In this document: positions 27,136 through 40,790 of the stretch, piece after piece | How the letters are laid out: each line of letters begins with the position of its first letter | How positions within the stretch are numbered: position 1 is the first letter of the stretch | Source of the DNA: the human T2T-CHM13v2.0 reference genome, Homo sapiens | Assembly (NCBI RefSeq): GCF_009914755.1 | Contig: NC_060925.1 | Direction: 5' to 3' (one strand) | DNA length: 64,000 nucleotides | Program-made: the position numbers and the translations under genes | The notes under the pieces: model-generated | Seen by the model: only the letters and a program-made list of their open reading frames with translations | Databases searched by the model: none | What the model was told of the DNA's origin: nothing

Positions 27136-27629
27136 ACCTTCCGTCCCTGCCACCTGTTTCCACCACTTCCTGGTCAGTCCCCCATCATCCCTCATTTGTC
27201 CTCCAGAGCTCTGGGGCAGTCAGGAGCTCTGCAGGGTGCCCACCCCGGCAGCCGGGCTCATGCCTGCTGCCCTTCGGATGCCCCGCAGCTTGTGACCATC
27301 CCCAGAGCCACCGGCCAAGGGCACACCCTTTCCTGAGCCCCGTGTCTCCTGCAAGGTAAGAGGGGAAGGAGAAAAGGTCCTCGGGCAGAAGGAGGCGGCT
27401 AGTGGAGAGGAACTCAGCAGCGGGTGCAGTGTGGCGCCTGCTAACGCATCAAGCCTCCGCTGGAAGTTCCACCATAACGTCTGCGGCAGCCCCAACAGTT
27501 CCACCCCATGCTCCCGCCGCCGGCACCACAGCAGCAGAAGGAGGCCTGTGGGGCGGGGGCCAGAACCTTTCCCTCCTCCCTTCTGAAGAGCAACAGGCGT
27601 CACACCATCCTGCCTCTCCCACTAACCCC

Positions 27630-27798
27630 GTTCCTTCTTTTGCTTTTTCTTTCTTTTTCTCTCTTTCTTTTTTCTTTTTTTCTTTTTCTTTCCCTCTGTC
27701 TCTCTTTCTCTTTTCTTTCCCTCTCTTTCTTTCTCTCTCTCTCTTTCTTTCCTCCCCCCCTCCTGTCCTCCCTTACCTCCTTCCTTCTTTTTTTTTTT
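27630..27798 (+). repeat. CT-rich polypyrimidine tract
   Basis: Directly visible, almost purine-free for about 170 nt. Confidence 0.9.
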
Positions 27799-29927
27799 AG
27801 ACTTAGGAAGTAAGTCTTCTCTGCTGAGGCGCAGCCCCTTCCCTGGGCTCACCTGTCTAAACCCAGCCAGCTCATGGGGACTGGACGAGGCTCAAAGGGG
27901 TCTAGATGAGCTCTGGTCCTCCTGCTCCTGGGAAGAGGTGGTGAGGCCACGAGGCTCTGTGGTCAGCTGGGTTGGCCGGTGGGGCTGAGCACATGTGCAT
28001 GTGTGTGCGTGTGATGCATGCAGGCATATGCTCTGGAAAGGTATATTAGGGCATGTGTGTGTAAGGGGATTACCTGGAGGGTAGGGACGTGTATCGGGGA
28101 ACTACATGAGTTGGTAAGTGGGTCTGTGTGTGTATATAAATGTGTTTACGTGTTTGTGGGTGCATGTGGGGGACACCCTGTGTTTGCTGCTGTGCAGGGA
28201 TTTAAGAGTGCAGTGGCATGCGTGTGTGTGTGTGTGCACACGTGTGCACATGCAGAGAATTGTGAGTTGAACTTGACCCAAAGGTTGCTGGGCAGGGTCC
28301 CCAAAGTCTGATATGTGGCTGTGGGGCCCTCATCACCCAGCCTTGGCTGGCATCTGTCTGCAGGGATAGTGCTTCAGTTGTCTCCAATCCAGCCCCATCC
28401 AGGTGATGGTGCAGGGCTGGTGGTCACTGTGCCCGGGTGGGTGGCCTGCAGACCCCACTGCCTTGCTGGCTTGAGATGTGCCAAGGCTCCTGACCTGGAA
28501 ATGGCTCAGGCTCTGAGCAGCCTCCTCAGCTTCAGGGATTAGGAAACTCAGGATCTGTGACCTCACAGAAAATGGGGTGAAGACCAGCCCCAGATCTGGG
28601 CCAGACACAGCTCTCAGAAGGTGCTCTAGACACTGGCGATTAGGCTGTTAGCAAAGTTGTCCTAGCTGGGAGGAGGAGGTAGAGGACAGGCAGCCCCACC
28701 CAGGGTGATGACACCAGTGTTCTGTTCCAAGGAGCTAGGACACCCACTCAGCCATCCCTGTGGCCCCTACTCACCTGGCAGCCCCTGGGCCCAGAGGGAA
28801 GAAGCACTTTTGTGCTTCCTCTGTCTCACTCATTGCGGCTTTGCTCCAGGCTCTGCTCCGAGCCAGCACCTTCACTGACCTCTTGTTACCAATGATGCGA
28901 ATGCTGGTTATGGCTCTGTGAGAGGCCAGCTCCATGGGGACAAGGGACAGCTCTGAGGAAAGGAGGGCAGTGGAAGAGGCACCCAGGGACTCAGGGGCAG
29001 CACTCCTCCAGGCCACTGGCCTGGGCTCCTTTTCGGATACCGGTTGTCCTCTCTGCTAAATACCTACCTGGGTTTCTCTCAGTACCCCGATGGTTCCCTC
29101 TACAACACAACCTCCAGTGACCAATGACCAGGCTATACAGACACAGGTTTCTCGTGGTCTCACAGGCGTCCTTACTCCAGTCAGCCTGGGAAGGGGCTTG
29201 AGCAAGGCCAAGAAGAGGGTCACCTAAACAGGAAGCTGACAGACATCCCTGGGGGAACTGGGAACAGCCCAGTGGGGTCACTGGACTGAGTATGACTCCA
29301 GGTCACCAGGGGTGCACAAGTCTTTTCATCCTATGAAACCCTCTGGGTTCCTGGATTCCTTAGGGAGAGGGGATTGGGATCAGCGGTATTCTGTGTGGGG
29401 CTAGGCAGGCTTCCTGAAGGAGGTGACACTAGAGTGGGGATTTGGAGGAAGCAATGGATGGATGTGGCTACGTGGGTGGACAGAGAGGAGCAGGGAAGTG
29501 TTTCCCACGTGACTGGAGTGTGAGTGCAGGCAGCGCTGGGAGGGGCAGGAGGTCTTCGTCGATCAATGTCAGTTTGAATGAACAGACAAGAAAGGGTGGA
29601 AATAGGGAAAGGAATGAAAACCATTGGATCACTGGGCACCCACTTCATGCCGGGCTCTGGGCGGGATGTTGGGTCTCTGTCCTCAAGAGGCTTGCAGTCT
29701 CAAGTGGGGAGACCAGTGGTCATCAATTACCCAAGCTTATGCAAAATAACACTCAGGAGAAGAACTCCTGGATTTGAGGTACAGAGGCAAGGGCTGGGTC
29801 AGAGACACATCTTTATTGAGTCAACTGCTTATGCATCGAAGCAGGGTAGGGCAAGTTTGAACCTGGAGGAATTTTTGTCTTCGGCGTCTGGTCACTTGCC
29901 TCTCTATAGTCCTGGCCCCAAGGATGA

Positions 29928-30471
<544 letters not shown>

Positions 30472-31440
30472 TCCCATGAGGTTTTACTAATCTCTACTTT
30501 ACAGGTGATAAAACTGAGCCTTGGAGAGCTCAAAGAGCTAGCTATAGCAAACAGCAGTGCCACCCTCTAGAAGAGAACTTAAGACCGCTCCATGCATGGA
30601 GATTGTTACAGCAGGATTTAGCTGAGCAAAGCTGGATCCTAGGGGCCCAGAGGAGGGAGCAATCACTCCTAGATAAAGGGGTGGGGAAAGGCTTCAGGGA
30701 GGAGGTGGGTTTGAAGGGACCCAGCAGGATGAGTAGGTTTCAAAACACAGAGATGGGATCACAGGGCTCTGGGTTGAGGGAGGAACGTAAACAAGGGTGC
30801 AAAGTTGAGGCTCACAGAGGTCTGGGGAAGAGCACATATTCTAGTCTGGAACACAGAGTCAGAGCGGAAGAGAAATATGGAATCAGGCTGCAAAGGGGGA
30901 TTGTGGGGCGGAGCTGAATTTGACGTGAGCAAGTCAGGCTTAGTTAAGACTATGAACAGTCCCAGAGCAGGGAAGCACTGTGGTCAGATCAAGATCTCAG
31001 GAAGACAAATTAACAAGCCTGAGAAATTGAAATCTCACCTCTTGAATCCTCACTGGGGTCTGGAAGGATCCTAGTCCCCAGTCTGAAAACCCTTTGCTAG
31101 ATCGTGCCTTGTGAATCTTCCTAAGGCAAGGGTCCCCGGGTGTCTCAGCACAAAGCTCTTCTCCCTATTCCCATGACCACACTGAGGATCAAACTGCTGG
31201 GCACAGGACTCTCTGCCAAGAGGTTCCTTCCCTGGGTGCCACTGTGGAGACAGAGACAGGACCCAGGGCCAGGGCAGGCAGCTGGAGTGATGGTCCCAAC
31301 CCAGCCTAGAATGTGGCCACTGAGGGAGTGGCTGGAGGGCAGGAGATGGGTCTACCTGGTTCGCCGTAGTGTCCCCCCTTCCTTATTCAGGCCCCATGGA
31401 GGAGTCTGCTTAATCATTATCTGTGACCCCATAGATGTGA

Positions 31441-31752
<312 letters not shown>

Positions 31753-33521
31753 TAGGTTTTTTAAAATGTCACCCTAATAGAGAACATGAATAGACTGTCC
31801 ACTTACAAAAGTAGTCCCTGAATAAATGTCTGTTCTTGCTCAGAACCAGCGTTGATCCCTGCCCTTCACCCAATACCCATGTCCATCAGTTTCTCCGTCA
31901 GGTGGGGTAAGCAGCTGATTATACAAAGCCAAAGGATTGCACGGTGAAACTGACATCATGTGAAAGTTGTGGGAGTTAGTGAGGCCAATAAAAGAGGACA
32001 TTGGAGGACTCCTAGTCCTACACAAGGCCATAGATAAATGAGAACCTGGCATTTAGGCCAGAGAATGACAGAAGAGAATATGCACAACAATGAGTTCATG
32101 ATAAGAAACTTTAATCATTATGCTGTGACAGTGAAATATGACCTTTTTAAAAATGTCATATCATGCTAGCATATAATTCTGTTCAGGAAAACCATGCCCT
32201 GCTAAACCAATCAATATTTGATTTGTCCTTTGAGGATTGAAAGTTTTGGCACATGGTTGTAACTATAATCTTATTTTGGTCCAACATAAGATTCTATTTT
32301 CATATTTTTAGTCTCATTTCTCAAAATGAAATCCCAACTGAAATCTTTTCTTCATTCACCCTTTCCTATGACACGTTGGTCCCTGTTCTAAGTGGATTCA
32401 CTTACAGTGGGCTTTTTCTGGTCAAATTATTGGGTTAACATGGGGATCTCTCATGATGAGTGTTTAATGCTTGTAGAGTTTATGAATGAATGACTATGGA
32501 GTTCTTTCCAGAACCATTCACTTTTGCCTTTCAGGCCTCTTGCTTCTGCATTGCCTGCCTCGCCTCAGGTCGTTCATTAGTTTATTCAGCATTTAATGAG
32601 CACCTGCTGATTGTCAGGCTCTCTTCTAAGGCACTGGGAATACAATTGTTGACAAAATATACAAAGATCTCTGTCTTCCTAGAGCTTATATTCTAGTGGA
32701 CCCACTAGAATCTCACCTTCTTCCACCTCTTACTCCCTTTGGATACCATGGATTCTATTCCTGGGACCATCACCTTTGCTCAAAGACCCAAACATTCATG
32801 GCTGTACTAGCCAATTAGATTAGGCTACGCTGCAGTAAAAAAGCAGCAACGTTTTAATTCCTGCTCTTGCCACATGTACAAAGTAGGCCGTGCCTCTAAC
32901 GGAGGCTCCTTGGGGGCACATTCCTCCATGATCGCTGTGGCAGAGAACATGACATGGGCAAGCACACATTGGCTTTGAAAGCTTCCACCTGGAAGTGACA
33001 CACGTCGCTTCCACACATTTCATTGGCTGAAGCCAGAGGCACATCTAGGCCTTCAAGGAAGCTGGGAGCTGCAGCTTACCACGCACCCAGAGGAGGAGAA
33101 GGCAGAAGATCTGTACAATGGCATGAAGATCACATGCAGCCTTATTTAAGAGCGGGGCATCATAGCCTTGATCAGAATACTTATAGGAAATAGGGGAGAA
33201 AGGACAGGTCATCTTGGGTTGAGTCCCTTCAAGGATCTTAGCCCTCTTTCTCTGACAACTAGCACTCAGTGCTGACCAGCAGATCTGAATGCCTGGTGGC
33301 CAGCAGGATTGGCCTCTGCCACTCTCAAGCCTCAGCACAGCAAAGCAGCAGGTCCCCTATTCACAGAGGAAGCTCTGCCCTGGGAGCTCCAAACCTCTTG
33401 TGTTATTTCCCCTCTGAGCCTCAGTCTCCTCCTGATCCTTAAAATGGGATAATAATCCGTATTTTGCTCCTATTCATAGAGCCCTAATTAATTCATGGAT
33501 GTGAAAGTGCTTTAATTATAA

Positions 33522-33888
<367 letters not shown>

Positions 33889-34939
33889 CTCAGTGGTGAA
33901 TCTGAAAGGGTAAGCTGGTCAGGGGCTACAGTCTCTTCACTGCTTACAATTCCATCATTTTTAATCCTTTCCTTTGAATTCTTGAAGACTTTTCTAAGAT
34001 ACCCCATTTCTAAGAGATTCCTTACAAGCCTATCAGGAAGTCTGGCCTTGATTAGCTTTATCCCCACATCCCACCTTCCCCTACACAGGGCAAAGCCACC
34101 AGCTCACCTTCACAGTCAGCCAGGCACTGTGCCTGGCGCTTTATGCACAGTTCTCTTTCTCATCATCATGAGGCAGTGAGGCGAGCTCTACTTCTGTGCC
34201 CTTTTATAGATCAGAAAACTGAGGTCAGTGAGGTGAAGTAGCTTGCCTGTGTCACCCAGTGCTACAAGTCAAAGCCTGGCTTTGAGCCTAATTCCTAGAG
34301 CCTGAGGAGCTCCTGATGCCCAGGCTGGCTGACGAGGGGGACTCTGCAGCTGGCCTCCTCTCTCTGCTTCCTTGTCCCTGGTTGGTTCAGTCTGTGTTGC
34401 TGACAACCCTGTGTTGTACTTGGGACTCTCAAAGAGAGGGCTTTTCTCTTGCTTCTGTGGATGTGGGATACCGTTACCATGGATTTTGCTATGGCACAGT
34501 GGTAAATGCAGAGGCACTGGAATGGAAGTGGCCGGAGTTCAGTTCCCAGAGTCATCCCTTCCTAGCTTTATGACCTTGGGCAGTTTTACTAACCTCTCTT
34601 ATGTTCACTCAGATCACCCTGTAAAAAGAAAGAAAGATTGCACTTACAGGGTTATGAGGGATCCATGTGATCATACACATAACTTTCTTAGCACAGTGCC
34701 TACGACCCAATGGAGGAGTTTGTGCAAAGTGTCGGGAACCTCTAAACCCTAAAACCCTGCCTCCTTAAACCTGGTTGGCAATGGGAAACTCGGTATCCTA
34801 AATGCAGCCTCTCCAACTGTCTCTCCCTTCCCTCTTAACCTTCAGCTGGTTCTGCACCAGCTGGAGCCCAAGAAGAGGGGCAATACCAACCTTGCCTGAG
34901 GTTTTCCTGCAGTAAGATGCCCCATGAGGTCCATTCTGA

Positions 34940-35286
<347 letters not shown>

Positions 35287-38200
35287 TCCAGTGGCATCTT
35301 GTTGAAATGACTTCGAAGTGGGAGTCTTCTCTAGTGTGCTGACTTGGTAGGAGAGACAGCCAGGGTACTGATCTACTGTCTCCACTCAAAACATGGGGAA
35401 GATGCTGTCTCCTTTCCCCACTCCTACCCCCGCCTCCCCACTCCTAGAAAGCACAGCAAAAGGGCAGAAGCCAGTGAGAGGTAGAGCCCTGGGGGTTTGC
35501 CGCAGTTGGTGTGGAAGGGTCACAGGCCCTGCGTAAGAGCAGCTGGCTGGCAGGTGCACTAACTCAGCCTGGGCACCTGGACCTCACTGGAGAGGAGCAG
35601 GCAGCAGGGGGGCGCCATTAACAACCCAGGATCTGGGGCCAGATGCTTGGATTCAAATCCTGGCTCTACACCCACTCACTGTGTAACCCTGAGGTTTTCT
35701 TCACCTTTCTAGGTCTTGGTTTCCTCTGCTGCAAAGTGAGGATGAGCTGCTTCATAGGGTCTTTCTGGGGATTCAGTGTGAAAATCCCTCTGGCACTCAG
35801 GAAACAGTGTCACCTCTGAGAAGAGACTAAGTAGTCAGACACACAGATCCCTTCAACTGGGCGGGGTGCATGAGGAATGAGTATACATCTTCAGTCCTGA
35901 TGTGGGTTGTCTCTCAGAGCAGCTGAGACCCTGGACTGTCAATCTGAAGAGATGGGTGGCATGAATTCTCAAGGTGCACCTCCTCTTGTTGTTAGATAAA
36001 GATGCCAGGACCCAGAGCCCAGAGGGACCCCGTGGGAAGGACCTTCTCCAGGTCATTCATGTATTCATTCAGCAAATAAGTATAGAGGGTGATGAATCTC
36101 TGAAGGTGGAGTCCAAATCCCACCACCAGCTCCACCACTTACAAGTGTATTACCTTGACCAAGAAATGTAACCACGCTGGGCTTCAGTTTCCTCTTCTGC
36201 AAAATGGGGATAATAGCCTTGCCTTCTTGATAGGATTGTCCTGAGGGTTACTAGAACTAATTCATGAAAAGCACTTAGAATGCCACCTGGCATCTACTCA
36301 TGGCTCAATATGTGTTAGCTGATATTTTTTGAAAACTGTTTTAGGCACCGTTCCATGTGCTAAGAACCATAACAAGGAAGAAGTACAGTTTTGACCCCTA
36401 CCCCAGGGTCTTAAGACCCCACCAATCTTTACGCCCCACCAGCTGTGCTCCGTCCAGGCCCAAGAGGTATAGCCAGACCATATGTGTGATGGCAGGGTCC
36501 CAGTCTGGGGTTCACATGCAGTTGGTGGCAGGACTTGTCCTCAGGCCAGGGGGCACTTTGACTCCCAGTGCAGTGACCTCTGCCACCCCACAAAGCCTCT
36601 CTGTGGAGGGGGCGCATTGTGTACGGGGAAGCAGTCTCACAGGTTGGCCCAAACTGCTCTGGGACCTCAGAGAGAAGGGAAGGCAATGAATGTATTCTTT
36701 AGCCAACATCTAGGCAGGGGGCCCTGGGATGGCTGGGTGGCAGGTCTGAGGGCTGTAGGTGGCCAGAGCCCCCATGGGGTAATGCCAAAACTCAGATGCC
36801 CAGATGCAGTCATAGTGGGTGGGAGAGTGAAGCCGGAAGGATAACCCAAAGAGAAAAGGGAATGAAAGCAATAGCCAACATTTACTGGGGACCAGAAACT
36901 GGGACAAGCATTTTATAGGACAGTGTCTCCCTTGCAAGCCTCTCAATAACCCTAAGAAAGAGAAGACATTTTTACCCGCCCACTATACAGAGGGTGAAAC
37001 TGAATTTCAAAGAAGCATCCAATGAGAGACCACTGGAGAAGGAAGAGGAAAGGCAGGTTCCAGGGGCAGGAATTCACTTCCAAGCCTGTCATTTTACCAC
37101 TTCAAGGTTTTGCAGGCAGGCACAGCACAAGGATTTACTCTTCAACTCCCTAGAAGCCCCACTGCAATGGAGTAGCTCTAGAGGGGCAGTGGCTGGATTC
37201 AAAAACAGCTCTCCCTGTGCGCCACCAGCCGGTGAGCCCCTCAGCACACGGGAAGCGGTGTGCTGGAGACAGGGACAAGGCTCGAAGCCACATAGAGAAT
37301 TTACTTAGTGCTTTTCAGCGGAGCCACAGGGATGCTAGCAGCTCTGCTGGGTGAGCTCAACTTGCAAACATGCCCCCAGAAAGGTGGGTGTACACTGAAT
37401 TTGTGTAATACAGCCCAATTTTCCCAGCGATGTGTGGGTGCATTTCTGAGTGACCCTCAGTGAGCAGAGGCTCCAACGCAGGAATCTTACTGGGCCCCCA
37501 GTGGACAGGCATGGCGCAGTTTCTGTATATGTAAACCACTTCCTCGTTGATCTAATCCGACAAGCATCTTTTCACACGCTTAGCCCAGATAGATGGCCCT
37601 CATTTATCTTTTCAAATGTGGATGTGTCTATTTCTCCCTTCTTCAGCAGGCCCAAACAGTCTCCTAGCTGGAAGCCCCAGACACCGTGGTGGCTTGGCCC
37701 CAGCCTCCTGTCCAGACTGACTGTCCAGGACATCTCAACTGGCTGGACTCCAGGTCTCTCAGGCAGTGTGAGGACATAAAGCACCGAGAAGCCTGAGCAT
37801 TCTGTGCCTTGACTACTCCCCCAACCCCCTGCCCCCACCAAAGGAGACTACAGCTATCTCCAGGATAGAATCTCATGGGCTGTGGGCTGAAATAAATTTC
37901 TCCCATTGTTAGATTCTTCAGACGAACCTGTAGCCAAGTCCTATATCCACCCCATGACACATTTCATTCTATTTATTTGGCCACTGACTCATTCATTCAA
38001 CCAATAGAGCACATGCCATCCATTCATTGTTGAGCACCAACTATGGGCCAGACACTGAGGAGAGACAGAGTCTCCTGCCTCAAGTTCTGGGGGCTAACTG
38101 CTCCTGGTTGGGGTGGGTGGGGGACAAGACACAAGGCCTGAGGGCAGGGGCCCTGTACTTCTTGGTCATTGCGGTAGCCCAGCCTAGCAGTGTCTGGCAC

Positions 38201-40544
38201 AGAGCAGGTCCTCCATATAGTTCTGTTAAATGGACACACGGCACATGGATGATGAGACAGATAACGTGAGTGGTGCTGACTGTGCTGGTGGCAGGGGGCA
38301 ATCTTAGGCAATGCAGGACCCCGAGAAGGCTCCATGGAGGTGGTGGCATTGAAGCTGGCCTTGAAGGATGGCTAAGGAGGGAGAGGTGGAGACAGCATTC
38401 CTGGCAAAGCCCACAGTGCCAGAAGAGATAGCGGTAGCAGAAGTCAGCCTTGTTTGGAGACGTAGCGAGAGGTCTTGACTGGCTGGAGCATGGGGTAAAT
38501 GGGGTGAGGGTTGGCCTCACCGTCAGGGATTTGTTACCCGTGTTGGCTGGATATAGGCCTACGCGGGGAGGTTTAGAGGAAAGAGACCAGAATACGAGAA
38601 GCCCAGAATTCTAGAAGGTTAGGACAATCAGACCAGATCCAGAGAACCTACCGACTTGGCCCCACTTTGATAAGAGTGTTGGTGCTATTGGTGATTGGGT
38701 GGCCCTTAGAGCACGGGCTTCTAAAGGGGACATGAAAGCAGGACTTCCTAGAGGGGGCTGGAGATAAGAAAAGAAGCAAAGGCCCCTAGCCCCAGGTAAG
38801 AGGGCAGGTGGCAAGCCCAGAATTGCTTGTGGGCTCACAGTCTTCATCTAGCCCAGGCCTGGCTGAGCCCACACAGGTAGGGGACCCCAACTCTATGGAG
38901 AAGCATCTAGGAGGGATCAGGCCAGGATGAGGGTGAGTTGCTTCCAGAATGGCTTTGCAGGTGGGAGGAACATGTTTCTGGGACAACAATGTGCTGGAGA
39001 TGCAAGGGAAAGGGTAGATTTCAGCAGTAAGATCAGAGTCAGGGTCAGGGGTTACTAAGGCAGATGCTAGGCAGAGGCCCATGGGACCTTCCCAGCTCAG
39101 ACCTGGAGGAAGCTAAGGCACAAGGAGGTTAAGTAACTTGCTCAAGAATACGCAAAATGTGAGTGGCAGAGCCCAGCAGAGTGACTGGGCCAATTACTAT
39201 GGAAGTGGCCATCCCAGGGACACTAACCTCAGGCAGTTTGCCAGAGACTGGGACCTAGGTACCCCTAACCACTACCCCATGGGCAAGTTTCTGCCTTCCC
39301 AATCTCTTTCTGAAAAGCAAATATCCCCCAGCAAGAGGGGCATGAGGGCCTTCTCCTTGACCCCAGGAGCCCTGACACAGCCCCCTGCCACCTCCACCTC
39401 CCTTGTGATGGCTGAAGCCAGCAGGGCCCCAGCAATCTCTTCCCTCCTGTGCTCAGCACGAACTGGGAAGCAGCCTGAGCAGGGGAAATAGCAGGCTTTG
39501 GAGTCCGGGCTGGTTTCCATTCAGCTTGGCCACTTTCTGGCTGTGTGATGGCTTTTGGACCTCCATCTGAACCTGGAAATTGGGAGTAGATGTATTAGCA
39601 ATGCCTGTAAAGCACTAGAACCTGGTAGATGCCCCTATTCAGAGCCCCTCCTCCAAACCAAGCACAGTCCAGGGAGCTGGAACAAGGCAAAGGAGGAGGT
39701 GCAGCCATTGCTCTTTCAGAACTCACAGCCCCATGGGAAGTTAAAGCCATTGCAGATGAGTGGTTACAGTGCCGCAGGATGTGGGGTGTGATAGACAAGG
39801 GCCCAAAGGCTATGCAAGCCCGGAGGAGAGCGTGTCTGATGGACTGGAGTGTCAGAGAAGGAGAAGGCTTCCTGGAGGAGGTGGATCTAAGCCTTGAAAG
39901 AGGAACAAGACTTTGAAGGCAAAAGAGGCAAAGGGAGGCAAAGAACCTGACGTGTTCAGGGCATGATGAGAGGGTCAGTGTGTTTGGAGGAAGGCAAGCA
40001 TGTAGAACGTGGAGGGCGGTGGCACTGGAGAGAGACAAGGACCCAATGGGGAGAGCCTTGAATGCCACACTAGATGTTTGACTTACTCTTTTGGACAAAA
40101 TCAATGGGAAGCCATTACGCTAAGGAAAAATGGAGGTGTGTGTGTGTGTGCACGTGCGTGCATGTGTGTGTGTGTGGTGACAGAGGGGACCAGAAGGGAA
40201 ACAGCCTGGAGGTTGAAGGAACAGGTAGGAGATGATACAGTCTAAGGGAGATCAGTGAAGCAGCAGCAATGGGAAGAGAGAAGAGAGGATTGCAAGACTC
40301 GCTCAGGCAGAGGTGACAAGGCTTGAGGGAAGCTCGGCACAGGAGATAGTGTACCCTCATGTTTAAGCACATGGTCCTTCTGCTGTGGTTTACTCTTAGG
40401 TCATTGTTTACTGGCTGTGTGGCCATGGGCAAGTTGCCTCACCTCTTCGAGCCTTGGTATTTTCATTTATCAAATAGGGATACTAAGAGTACTCACCTCC
40501 GAGAGATGCTGAAAATCATATATGTAAAGCACTCAGTGGTATTT

Positions 40545-40790
40545 CATCCATTCAGCAAATACTTATTGAGCATCTGCTATGTGCCTGGCACTACTCTGTG
40601 GGCAGTGGATACAGCAGTGAATAAACTAAAACAAAATCCTGGCCCTCACAGGGATTACACCTTGGAGCGTTGGGAGACACATTAAACAAGATAAATAAGC
40701 AAGATATATATTATGTCAGATGGTGATAAGTGCTAAGGAAAAAAAACAAAGAAAGGAAGCTGGAAAGTGTTGGGAGGTTGCAATTTTAGG
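40545..40790 (-). mobile_element. L2 3' fragment
   Basis: cattcagcaaatacttattgagcatctgctatgtgcctggcact...tcagatggtgataagtgct. Confidence 0.65.

Noticed and set aside
26792-27852. Leu/Ser/Phe-rich membrane-like ORFs and Arg/Lys/Glu-rich antisense ORFs
   Set aside because: Products of the CT-rich low-complexity tracts
35598-35617. CTCF-like gcagcaggggggcgcca
   Set aside because: An extra G breaks the register of the core motif, and it abuts a MIR
37240-37260. RE1-like tcagcacacgggaagcgg
   Set aside because: Wrong half-site spacing and a degenerate right half
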